64,000 bases of DNA from NCBI GenBank assembly GCA_964016885.1, contig OZ024746.1:48794001-48858000 (forward strand), in the 5' to 3' direction. Below, one piece after another: positions 15,001 through 30,000 of this stretch. The DNA is from Eledone cirrhosa (Eukaryota). The first letter of the stretch is position 1; the number at the start of each line of letters is the position of its first letter. A model generated the notes under the pieces. The model saw only the letters and a list, made by a program, of their open reading frames with translations. It was not told where the DNA came from and did not search any database. A program made the translations under genes and the position numbers.

Positions 15001-18000
15001 CCTATAACAAATCCTACAAATACAGTCAACTATAACCTCGTTCAACGTATAACAAATCCTATAAATACAGTCAACTTTAACCTCGTTCAACGTATAACAA
15101 ATCCCATAACTACAGTCAACTATAACCTCGTTCAACGTATAAAAAATCCTACAAATACAGTCAACTTTAACCTCGTTCAACCTATAACAAATCCTACAAA
15201 TACAGTCAACTTTAACCTCGTTCAACCTATAACAAATCCCATAACTACAGTCAACTATAACCTCGTTCAACCTATAACAAATCCTACAAATACAGTCAAC
15301 TATAACCTCGTTCAACGTATAACAAATCCTATAAATACAGTCAACTTTAACCTCGTTCAACGTATAACAAATCCCATAACTACAGTCAACTATAACCTCG
15401 TTCAACGTATAACAAATCCTACAAATACAGTCAACTTTAACCTCGTTCAACGTATAACAAATCCTATAAATACAGTCAACTTTAACCTCGTTCAACCTAT
15501 AACAAATCCTACAAATACAGTCAACTATAACCTCGTTCAACCTATAACAAATCCTACAAATACAGTCAACTTTAACCTCGTTCAACGTATAACAAATCCT
15601 ACAAATACAGTCAACTATAACCTCGTTCAACCTATAACAAATCCTACAAATACAGTCAACTTTAACCTCGTTCAACGTATAACAAATCCTACAAATACAG
15701 TCAACTTTAACCTCGTTCAACCTATAACAAATCCTACAAATACAGTCAACTATAACCTCGTTCAACCTATAACAAATCCTACAAATACAGTCAACTTTAA
15801 CCTCGTTCAACGTATAACAAATCCTATAAATACAGTCAACTTTAACCTCGTTCAACGTCTGACAAATCCCATAACTACAGTCAACTATAACCTCGTTCAA
15901 CGTATAACAATTCCTACAAATACAGTCAACTATAACCTCGTTCAACCTATAACAAATCCTACAAATACAGTCAACTATAACCTCGTTCAACGTATAACAA
16001 ATCCTATAAATACAGTCAACTTTAACCTCGTTCAACGTATAACAAATCCCATAACTACAGTCAACTATAACCTCGTTCAACGTATAACAAATCCTACAAA
16101 TACAGTCAACTTTAACCTCGTTCAACCTATAACAAATCCTACAAATACAGTCAACTTTAACCTCGTTCAACCTATAACAAATCCCATAATTACAGTCAAC
16201 TATAACCTCGTTCAACCTATAACAAATCCTACAAATACAGTCAACTATAACCTCGTTCAACGTATAACAAATCCTACAAATACAGTCAACTATAACCTCG
16301 TTCAACCTATAACAAATCCTACAAATACAGTCAACTTTAACCTCGTTCAACCTATAACAAATCCCATAATTACAGTCAACTATAACCTCGTTCAACCTAT
16401 AACAAATCCCATAACTACAGTCAACTATAACCTCGTTCAACCTATAACAAATCCCATAACTACAGTCAACTTTAACCTCGTTCAACCTATAACAAATCCC
16501 ATAACTACAGTCAACTTTAACCTCGTTCAACCTATAACAAATCCCATAACTACAGTCAACTATAACCACGTTCAACGTATAACAAATCCTACAAATACAG
16601 TCAACTTTAACCTCGTTCAACCTATAACAAATCCTACAAATACAGTCAACTTTAACCTCGTTCAACCTATAACAAATCCTACAAATACAGTCAACTATAA
16701 CCTCGTTCAACCTATAACAAATCCTACAAATACAGTCAACTATAACATCGTTCAACCTATAACAAATCCTACAAATACAGTCAACTATAACCTCGTTCAA
16801 CGTATAACAAATCCTATAAATACAGTCAACTTTAACCTCCTTCAACGTATAACAAATCCCATAACTACAGTCAACTATAACCTCGTTCAACGTATAACAA
16901 ATCCTACAAATACAGTCAACTTTAACCTCGTTCAACGTATAACAAATCCTATAAATACAGTCAACTTTAACCTCGTTCAACCTATAACAAATCCTACAAA
17001 TACAGTCAACTATAACCTCGTTCAACCTATAACAAATCCTACAAATACAGTCAACTTTAACCTCGTTCAACGTATAACAAATCCTATAAATACAGTCAAC
17101 TTTAACCTCGTTCAACGTCTGACAAATCCCATAACTACAGTCAACTATAACCTCGTTCAACGTATAACAAATCCTACAAATACAGTCAACTATAACCTCG
17201 TTCAACCTATAACAAATCCTACAAATACAGTCAACTATAACCTCGTTCAACGTATAACAAATCCTATAAATACAGTCAACTTTAACCTCGTTCAACGTAT
17301 AACAAATCCCATAACTACAGTCAACTATAACCTCGTTCAACGTATAAAAAATCCTACAAATACAGTCAACTTTAACCTCGTTCAACCTATAACAAATCCT
17401 ACAAATACAGTCAACTTTAACCTCGTTCAACCTATAACAAATCCCATAACTACAGTCAACTATAACCTCGTTCAACCTATAACAAATCCTACAAATACAG
17501 TCAACTATAACCTCGTTCAACGTATAACAAATCCTATAAATACAGTCAACTTTAACCTCGTTCAACGTATAACAAATCCCATAACTACAGTCAACTATAA
17601 CCTCGTTCAACGTATAACAAATCCTACAAATACAGTCAACTTTAACCTCGTTCAACGTATAACAAATCCTATAAATACAGTCAACTTTAACCTCGTTCAA
17701 CCTATAACAAATCCTACAAATACAGTCAACTATAACCTCGTTCAACCTATAACAAATCCTACAAATACAGTCAACTTTAACCTCGTTCAACGTATAACAA
17801 ATCCTACAAATACAGTCAACTATAACCTCGTTCAACCTATAACAAATCCTACAAATACAGTCAACTTTAACCTCGTTCAACGTATAACAAATCCTACAAA
17901 TACAGTCAACTTTAACCTCGTTCAACCTATAACAAATCCTACAAATACAGTCAACTATAACCTCGTTCAACCTATAACAAATCCTACAAATACAGTCAAC

Positions 18001-21000
18001 TATAACCTCGTTCAACGTATAACAAATCCTATAAATACAGTCAACTTTAACCTCGTTCAACGTATAACAAATCCCATAACTACAGTCAACTATAACCTCG
18101 TTCAACGTATAAAAAATCCTACAAATACAGTCAACTTTAACCTCGTTCAACCTATAACAAATCCTACAAATACAGTCAACTTTAACCTCGTTCAACCTAT
18201 AACAAATCCCATAACTACAGTCAACTATAACCTCGTTCAACCTATAACAAATCCTACAAATACAGTCAACTATAACCTCGTTCAACGTATAACAAATCCT
18301 ATAAATACAGTCAACTTTAACCTCGTTCAACGTATAACAAATCCCATAACTACAGTCAACTATAACCTCGTTCAACGTATAACAAATCCTACAAATACAG
18401 TCAACTTTAACCTCGTTCAACGTATAACAAATCCTATAAATACAGTCAACTTTAACCTCGTTCAACCTATAACAAATCCTACAAATACAGTCAACTATAA
18501 CCTCGTTCAACCTATAACAAATCCTACAAATACAGTCAACTTTAACCTCGTTCAACGTATAACAAATCCTACAAATACAGTCAACTATAACCTCGTTCAA
18601 CCTATAACAAATCCTACAAATACAGTCAACTTTAACCTCGTTCAACGTATAACAAATCCTACAAATACAGTCAACTTTAACCTCGTTCAACCTATAACAA
18701 ATCCTACAAATACAGTCAACTATAACCTCGTTCAACCTATAACAAATCCTACAAATACAGTCAACTTTAACCTCGTTCAACGTATAACAAATCCTATAAA
18801 TACAGTCAACTTTAACCTCGTTCAACGTCTGACAAATCCCATAACTAGAGTCAACTATAACCTCGTTCAACGTATAACAATTCCTACAAATACAGTCAAC
18901 TATAACCTCGTTCAACCTATAACAAATCCTACAAATACAGTCAACTATAACCTCGTTCAACGTATAACAAATCCTATAAATACAGTCAACTTTAACCTCG
19001 TTCAACGTATAACAAATCCCATAACTACAGTCAACTATAACCTCGTTCAACGTATAACAAATCCTACAAATACAGTCAACTTTAACCTCGTTCAACCTAT
19101 AACAAATCCTACAAATACAGTCAACTTTAACCTCGTTCAACCTATAACAAATCCCATAATTACAGTCAACTATAACCTCGTTCAACCTATAACAAATCCT
19201 ACAAATACAGTCAACTATAACCTCGTTCAACGTATAACAAATCCTACAAATACAGTCAACTATAACCTCGTTCAACCTATAACAAATCCTACAAATACAG
19301 TCAACTTTAACCTCGTTCAACCTATAACAAATCCCATAATTACAGTCAACTATAACCTCGTTCAACCTATAACAAATCCCATAACTACAGTCAACTATAA
19401 CCTCGTTCAACCTATAACAAATCCCATAACTACAGTCAACTTTAACCTCGTTCAACCTATAACAAATCCCATAACTACAGTCAACTTTAACCTCGTTCAA
19501 CCTATAACAAATCCCATAACTACAGTCAACTATAACCACGTTCAACGTATAACAAATCCTACAAATACAGTCAACTTTAACCTCGTTCAACCTATAACAA
19601 ATCCTACAAATACAGTCAACTTTAACCTCGTTCAACCTATAACAAATCCTACAAATACAGTCAACTATAACCTCGTTCAACCTATAACAAATCCTACAAA
19701 TACAGTCAACTATAACATCGTTCAACCTATAACAAATCCTACAAATACAGTCAACTATAACCTCGTTCAACGTATAACAAATCCTATAAATACAGTCAAC
19801 TTTAACCTCCTTCAACGTATAACAAATCCCATAACTACAGTCAACTATAACCTCGTTCAACGTATAACAAATCCTACAAATACAGTCAACTTTAACCTCG
19901 TTCAACGTATAACAAATCCTATAAATACAGTCAACTTTAACCTCGTTCAACCTATAACAAATCCTACAAATACAGTCAACTATAACCTCGTTCAACCTAT
20001 AACAAATCCTACAAATACAGTCAACTTTAACCTCGTTCAACGTATAACAAATCCTACAAATACAGTCAACTATAACCTCGTTCAACCTATAACAAATCCT
20101 ACAAATACAGTCAACTTTAACCTCGTTCAACGTATAACAAATCCTACAAATACAGTCAACTTTAACCTCGTTCAACCTATAACAAATCCTACAAATACAG
20201 TCAACTATAACCTCGTTCAACCTATAACAAATCCTACAAATACAGTCAACTTTAACCTCGTTCAACGTATAACAAATCCTATAAATACAGTCAACTTTAA
20301 CCTCGTTCAACGTATGACACATCCCATAACTACAGTCAACTATAACCTCGTTCAACGTATAACAAATCCCATAACTACAGTCAACTATAACCTCGTTCAA
20401 CCTATAACAAATCCTACAAATACAGTCAACTATAACCTCGTTCAACCTATAACAAATCCTACAAATACAGTCAACTATAACCTCGTTCAACCTATAACAA
20501 ATCCTACAAATACAGTTAACTTTAACCTCGTTCAACCTATAACAAATCCTACAAATACAGTCAACTTTAACCTCGTTCAACCTATAACAAATCCTACAAA
20601 TACAGTCAACTATAACCTCGTTCAACCTATAACAAATCCTACAAATACAGTCAACTTTAACCTCGTTCAACCTATAACAAATCCTACAAATACAGTCAAC
20701 TTTAACCTCGTTCAACCTATAACAAATCCTACAAATACAGTCAACTTTAACCTCGTTCAACGTATAACAAATCCTACAAATACAGTCAACTTTAACCTCG
20801 TTCAACCTATAACAAATCCTACAAATACAGTCAACTATAACCTCGTTCAACCTATAACAAATCCTACAAATACAGTCAACTTTAACCTCGTTCAACGTAT
20901 AACAAATCCTACAAATACAGTCAACTATAACCTCGTTCAACCTATAACAAATCCTACAAATACAGTCAACTTTAACCTCGTTCAACGTATAACAAATCCT

Positions 21001-24000
21001 ACAAATACAGTCAACTTTAACCTCGTTCAACCTATAACAAATCCTACAAATACAGTCAACTATAACCTCGTTCAACCTATAACAAATCCTACAAATACAG
21101 TCAACTTTAACCTCGTTCAACGTATAACAAATCCTATAAATACAGTCAACTTTAACCTCGTTCAACGTCTGACAAATCCCATAACTACAGTCAACTATAA
21201 CCTCGTTCAACGTATAACAAATCCTACAAATACAGTCAACTATAACCTCGTTCAACCTATAACAAATCCTACAAATACAGTCAACTATAACCTCGTTCAA
21301 CGTATAAAAAATCCTATAAATACAGTCAACTTTAACCTCGTTCAACGTATAACAAATCCCATAACTACAGTCAACTATAACCTCGTTCAACGTATAACAA
21401 ATCCTACAAATACAGTCAACTTTAACCTCGTTCAACCTATAACAAATCCTACAAATACAGTCAACTTTAACCTCGTTCAACCTATAACAAATCCCATAAC
21501 TACAGTCAACTATAACCTCGTTCAACCTATAACAAATCCTACAAATACAGTCAACTATAACCTCGTTCAACGTATAACAAATCCTACAAATACAGTCAAC
21601 TATAACCTCGTTCAACCTATAACAAATCCTACAAATACAGTCAACTTTAACCTCGTTCAACCTATAACAAATCCCATAACTACAGTCAACTATAACCTCG
21701 TTCAACCTATAACAAATCCCATAACTACAGTCAACTTTAACCTCGTTCAACCTATAACAAATCCCATAACTACAGTCAACTTAACCTCGTTCAACCTATA
21801 ACAAATCCCATAACTACAGTCAACTATAACCTCGTTCAACGTATAACAAATCCTACAAATACAGTCAACTTTAACCTCGTTCAACCTATAACAAATCCTA
21901 CAAATACAGTCAACTTTAACCTCGTTCAACCTATAACAAATCCTACAAATACAGTCAACTATAACCTCGTTCAACCTATAACAAATCCTACAAATACAGT
22001 CAACTTTAACCTCGTTCAACGTATAACAAATCATATAAATACAGTCAACTTTAACCTCGTTCAACGTCTGACAAATCCCATAACTACAGTCAACTATAAC
22101 CTCGTTCAACGTATAACAATTCCTACAAATACAGTCAACTATAACCTCGTTCAACCTATAACAAATCCTACAAATACAGTCAACTATAACCTCGTTCAAC
22201 GTATAACAAATCCTATAAATACAGTCAACTTTAACCTCGTTCAACGTATAACAAATCCCATAACTACAGTCAACTATAACCTCGTTCAACGTATAACAAA
22301 TCCTACAAATACAGTCAACTTTAACCTCGTTCAACCTATAACAAATCCTACAAATACAGTCAACTTTAACCTCGTTCAACCTATAACAAATCCCATAACT
22401 ACAGTCAACTATAACCTCGTTCAACCTATAACAAATCCTACAAATACAGTCAACTATAACCTCGTTCAACGTATAACAAATCCTACAAATACAGTCAACT
22501 ATAACCTCGTTCAACCTATAACAAATCCTACAAATACAGTCAACTTTAACCTCGTTCAACCTATAACAAATCCCATAACTACAGTCAACTATAACCTCGT
22601 TCAACCTATAACAAATCCCATAACTACAGTCAACTTTAACCTCGTTCAACCTATAACAAATCCCATAACTACAGTCAACTTTAACCTCGTTCAACCTATA
22701 ACAAATCCCATAACTACAGTCAACTTTAACCTCGTTCAACCTATAACAAATCCCATAACTACAGTCAACTATAACCTCGTTCAACGTATAACAAATCCTA
22801 CAAATACAGTCAACTTTAACCTCGTTCAACCTATAACAAATCCTACAAATACAGTCAACTTTAACCTCGTTCAACCTATAACAAATCCTACAAATACAGT
22901 CAACTATAACCTCGTTCAACCTATAACAAATCCTACAAATACAGTCAACTTTAACCTCGTTCAACGTATAACAAATCATATAAATACAGTCAACTTTAAC
23001 CTCGTTCAACGTCTGACAAATCCCATAACTACAGTCAACTATAACCTCGTTCAACGTATAACAATTCCTACAAATACAGTCAACTATAACCTCGTTCAAC
23101 CTATAACAAATCCTACAAATACAGTCAACTATAACCTCGTTCAACGTATAACAAATCCTATAAATACAGTCAACTTTAACCTCGTTCAACGTATAACAAA
23201 TCCCATAACTACAGTCAACTATAACCTCGTTCAACGTATAACAAATCCTACAAATACAGTCAACTTTAACCTCGTTCAACCTATAACAAATCCTACAAAT
23301 ACAGTCAACTTTAACCTCGTTCAACCTATAACAAATCCCATAACTACAGTCAACTATAACCTCGTTCAACCTATAACAAATCCTACAAATACAGTCAACT
23401 ATAACCTCGTTCAACGTATAACAAATCCTACAAATACAGTCAACTATAACCTCGTTCAACCTATAACAAATCCTACAAATACAGTCAACTTTAACCTCGT
23501 TCAACCTATAACAAATCCCATAACTACAGTCAACTATAACCTCGTTCAACCTATAACAAATCCCATAACTACAGTCAACTTTAACCTCGTTCAACCTATA
23601 ACAAATCCCATAACTACAGTCTACTTTAACCTCGTTCAACCTATAACAAATCCCATAACTACAGTCAACTATAACCACGTTCAACGTATAACAAATCCTA
23701 CAAATACAGTCAACTTTAACCTCGTTCAACCTATAACAAATCCTACAAATACAGTCAACTTTAACCTCGTTCAACCTATAACAAATCCTACAAATACAGT
23801 CAACTATAACCTCGTTCAACCTATAACAAATCCTACAAATGCAGTCAACTATAACATCGTTCAACCTATAACAAATCCTACAAATACAGTCAACTATAAC
23901 CTCGTTCAACGTATAACAAATCCTATAAATACAGTCAACTTTAACCTCGTTCAACGTATAACAAATCCCATAACTACAGTCAACTTTAACCTCGTTCAAC

Positions 24001-27000
24001 CTATAACAAATCCTACAAATACAGTCAACTATAACCTCGTTCAACGTATAACAAATCCTACAAATACAGTCAACTATAACCTCGTTCAACCTATAACAAA
24101 TCCTACAAATACAGTCAACTTTAACCTCGTCCAACCTATAACAAATCCCATAACTACAGTCAACTATAACCTCGTTCAACCTATAACAAATCCCATAACT
24201 ACAGTCAACTTTAACCTCGTTCAACCTATAACAAATCCCATAACTACAGTCAACTTTAACCTCGTTCAACCTATAACAAATCCCATAACTACAGTCAACT
24301 ATAACCACGTTCAACGTATAACAAATCCTACAAATACAGTCAACTTTAACCTCGTTCAACCTATAACAAATCCTACAAATACAGTCAACTTTAACCTCGT
24401 TCAACCTATAACAAATCCTACAAATACAGTCAACTATAACCTCGTTCAACCTATAACAAATCCTACAAATGCAGTCAACTATAACATCGTTCAACCTATA
24501 ACAAATCCTACAAATACAGTCAACTATAACCTCGTTCAACGTATAACAAATCCTATAAATACAGTCAACTTTAACCTCGTTCAACGTATAACAAATCCCA
24601 TAACTACAGTCAACTATAACCTCGTTCAACGTATAACAAATCCTACAAATACAGTCAACTTTAACCTCGTTCAACGTATAACAAATCCTATAAATACAGT
24701 CAACTTTAACCTCGTTCAACCTATAACAAATCCTACAAATACAGTCAACTATAACCTCGTTCAACCTATAACAAATCCTACAAATACAGTCAACTTTAAC
24801 CTCGTTCAACGTATAACAAATCCTACAAATACAGTCAACTATAACCTCGTTCAACCTATAACAAATCCTACAAATACAGTCAACTTTAACCTCGTTCAAC
24901 GTATAACAAATCCTACAAACACAGTCAACTTTAACCTCGTTCAACCTATAACAAATCCTACAAATACAGTCAACTATAACCTCGTTCAACCTATAACAAA
25001 TCCTACAAATACAGTCAACTTTAACCTCGTTCAACGTATGACACATCCCATAACTACAGTCAACTATAACCTCGTTCAACCTATAACAAATCCTACAAAT
25101 ACAGTCAACTATAACCTCGTTCAACCTATAACAAATCCTACAAATACAGTCAACTATAACCTCGTTCAACCTATAACAAATCCTACAAATACAGTCAACT
25201 TTAACCTCGTTCAACCTATAACAAATCCTACAAATACAGTTAACTTTAACCTCGTTCAACCTATAACAAATCCTACAAATACAGTCAACTTTAACCTCGT
25301 TCAACCTATAACAAATCCTACAAATACAGTCAACTATAACCTCGTTCAACCTATAACAAATCCTACAAATACAGTCAACTTTAACCTCGTTCAACCTATA
25401 ACAAATCCTACAAATACAGTCAACTTTAACCTCGTTCAACCTATAACAAATCCTACAAATACAGTCAACTTTAACCTCGTTCAACGTATAACAAATCCTA
25501 CAAATACAGTCAACTTTAACCTCGTTCAACCTATAACAAATCCTACAAATACAGTCAACTATAACCTCGTTCAACCTATAACAAATCCTACAAATACAGT
25601 CAACTTTAACCTCGTTCAACGTATAACAAATCCTACAAATACAGTCAACTATAACCTCGTTCAACCTATAACAAATCCTACAAATACAGTCAACTTTAAC
25701 CTCGTTCAACGTATAACAAATCCTACAAATACAGTCAACTTTAACCTCGTTCAACCTATAACAAATCCTACAAATACAGTCAACTATAACCTCGTTCAAC
25801 CTATAACAAATCCTACAAATACAGTCAACTTTAACCTCGTTCAACGTATAACAAATCCTATAAATACAGTCAACTTTAACCTCGTTCAACGTCTGACAAA
25901 TCCCATAACTACAGTCAACTATAACCTCGTTCAACGTATAACAAATCCTACAAATACAGTCAACTATAACCTTGTTCAACCTATAACAAATCCTACAAAT
26001 ACAGTCAACTATAACCTCGTTCAACGTATAAAAAATCCTATAAATACAGTCAACTTTAACCTCGTTCAACGTATAACAAATCCCATAACTACAGTCAACT
26101 ATAACCTCATTCAACGTATAACAAATCCTACAAATACAGTCAACTTTAACCTCGTTCAACCTATAACAAATCCTACAAATACAGTCAACTTTAACCTCGT
26201 TCAACCTATAACAAATCCCATAACTACAGTCAACTATAACCTCGTTCAACCTATAACAAATCCTACAAATACAGTCAACTATAACCTCGTTCAACGTATA
26301 ACAAATCCTACAAATACAGTCAACTATAACCTCGTTCAACCTATAACAAATCCTACAAATACAGTCAACTTTAACCTCGTTCAACCTATAACAAATCCCA
26401 TAACTACAGTCAACTATAACCTCGTTCAACCTATAACAAATCCCATAACTACAGTCAACTTTAACCTCGTTCAACCTATAACAAATCCCATAACTACAGT
26501 CAACTTTAACCTCGTTCAACCTATAACAAATCCCATAACTACAGTCAACTATAACCTCGTTCAACGTATAACAAATCCTACAAATACAGTCAACTTTAAC
26601 CTCGTTCAACCTATAACAAATCCTACAAATACAGTCAACTTTAACCTCGTTCAACCTATAACAAATCCTACAAATACAGTCAACTATAACCTCGTTCAAC
26701 CTATAACAAATCCTACAAATACAGTCAACTATAACATCGTTCAACCTATAACAAATCCTACAAATACAGTCAACTATAACCTCGTTCAACGTATAACAAA
26801 TCCTACAAATACAGTCAACTTTAACCTCGTTCAACCTATAACAAATCCTACAAATACAGTCAACTTTAACCTCGTTCAACCTATAACAAATCCTACAAAT
26901 ACAGTCAACTATAACCTCGTTCAACCTATAACAAATCCTACAAATACAGTCAACTATAACCTCGTTCAACCTATAACAAATCCTACAAATACAGTCAACT

Positions 27001-30000
27001 TTAACCTCGTTCAACCTATAACAAATCCTACAAATACAGTCAACTTTAACCTCGTTCAACCTATAACAAATCCTACAAATACAGTCAACTTTAACCTCGT
27101 TCAACGTATAACAAATCCTACAAATACAGTCAACTTTAACCTCGTTCAACCTATAACAAATCCTACAAATACAGTCAACTATAACCTCGTTCAACCTATA
27201 ACAAATCCTACAAATACAGTCAACTTTAACCTCGTTCAACGTATAACAAATCCTACAAATACAGTCAACTATAACCTCGTTCAACCTATAACAAATCCTA
27301 CAAATACAGTCAACTTTAACCTCGTTCAACGTATAACAAATCCTACAAATACAGTCAACTTTAACCTCGTTCAACCTATAACAAATCCTACAAATACAGT
27401 CAACTATAACCTCGTTCAACCTATAACAAATCCTACAAATACAGTCAACTTTAACCTCGTTCAACCTATAACAAATCCTACAAATACAGTCAACTTTAAC
27501 CTCGTTCAACGTATAACAAATCCTATAAATACAGTCAACTTTAACCTCGTTCAACGTCTGACAAATCCCATAACTACAGTCAACTATAACCTCGTTCAAC
27601 GTATAACAAATCCTACAAATACAGTCAACTATAACCTCGTTCAACGTATAAAAAATCCTATAAATACAGTCAACTTTAACCTCGTTCAACGTATAACAAA
27701 TCCCATAACTACAGTCAACTATAACATCGTTCAACGTATAACAAATCCTACAAATACAGTCAACTTTAACCTCGTTCAACCTATAACAAATCCTACAAAT
27801 ACAGTCAACTTTAACCTCGTTCAACCTATAACAAATCCCATAACTACAGTCAACTATAACCTCGTTCAACCTATAACAAATCCTACAAATACAGTCAACT
27901 ATAACCTCGTTCAACGTATAACAAATCCTACAAATACAGTCAACTATAACCTCGTTCAACCTATAACAAATCCTACAAATACAGTCAACTTTAACCTCGT
28001 TCAACCTATAACAAATCCCATAACTACAGTCAACTATAACCTCGTTCAACCTATAACAAATCCCATAACTACAGTCAACTTTAACCTCGTTCAACCTATA
28101 ACAAATCCCATAACTACAGTCAAATTTAACCTCGTTCAACCTATAACAAATCCCATAACTACAGTCAACTATAACCTCGTTCAACGTATAACAAATCCTA
28201 CAAATACAGTCAACTTTAACCTCGTTCAACCTATAACAAATCCTACAAATACAGTCAACTTTAACCTCGTTCAACCTATAACAAATCCTATAAATACAGT
28301 CAACTTTAACCTCGTTCAACCTATAACAAATCCTACAAATACAGTCAACTATAACATCGTTCAACCTATAACAAATCCTACAAATACAGTCAACTATAAC
28401 CTCGTTCAACGTATAACAAATCCTATAAATACAGTCAACTTTAACCTCGTTCAACGTATAACAAATCCCATAACTACAGTCAACTATAACCTCGTTCAAC
28501 GTATAACAAATCCTACAAATACAGTCAACTTTAACCTCGTTCAACGTATAACAAATCCTATAAATACAGTCAACTATAACCTCGTTCAACGTATAACAAA
28601 TCCTACAATTACAGTCAACTATAACCTCGTTCAACCTATAACAAATCCCATAACTACAGTCAACTTTAACCTCGTTCAACCTATAACAAATCCTACAACT
28701 ACAGTCAACTATAACCTCGTTCAACTTATAACAAATCCTACAAATACAGTCAACTATAACCTCGTTCAACCTATAACAAATCCTACAAATACAGTCAACT
28801 TTAACCTCGTTCAACGTATAACAAATCCCATAACTACAGTCAACTATAACCTCGTTCAACCTATAACAAATCCTACAAATACAGTCAACTTTAACCTCGT
28901 TCAACGTATAACAAATCCTACAAATACAGTCAACTTTAACCTCGTTCAACGTATAACAAATCCCATAACTACAGTCAACTATAACCTCGTTCAACCTATA
29001 ACAAATCCTACAAATACAGTCAACTTTAACCCCGTTCAACGTATAACAAATCCCATAACTACAGTCAACTTTAACCTCGTTCAACCTATAACAAATCCTA
29101 CAAATACAGTCAACTTTAACCTCGTTCAACGTATAACAAATCCCATAACTACAGTCAACTTTAACCTCGTTCAACGTATAACAAATCCTACAAATACAGT
29201 CAACTTTAACCTCGTTCAACCTATAAAAAATCCTACAAATACAGTCAACTTTAACCTCGTTCAACCTATAACAAATCCTACAAATACAGTCAACTTTAAC
29301 CTCGTTCAACCTATGACAAATCCCATAACTACAGTCAACTATAACCTCGTTCAACCTATAACAAATCCTACAAATACAGTCAACTATAACCTCGTTCAAC
29401 GTATGACAAATCCTACAAATACAGTCAACTATAACCTCGTTCAACCTATAACAAATCCTACAAATACAGTCAACTTTAACCTCGTTCAACGTATAACAAA
29501 TCCTACAAATACAGTCAACTATAACCTCGTTCAACCTATAACAAATCCTACAAATACAGTCAACTTTAACCTCGTTCAACGTATAACAAATCCTACAAAT
29601 ACAGTCAACTTTAACCTCGTTCAACCTATAACAAATCCCATAACTACAGTCAACTATAACCTCGTTCAACCTATAACAAATCCTACAAATACAGTCAACT
29701 ATAACCTCGTTCAACGTATAACAAATCCCATAACTACAGTCAACTATAACCTCGTTCAACCTATAACAAATCCTACAAATACAGTCAACTATAACCTCGT
29801 TCAACCTATAACAAATCCTACAAATACAGTCAACTATAACCTCGTTCAACCTATAACAAATCCTACAAATACAGTCAACTTTAACCTCGTTCAACCTATA
29901 ACAAATCCTACAAATACAGTTAACTTTAACCTCGTTCAACCTATAACAAATCCTACAAATACAGTCAACTTTAACCTCGTTCAACCTATAACAAATCCTA

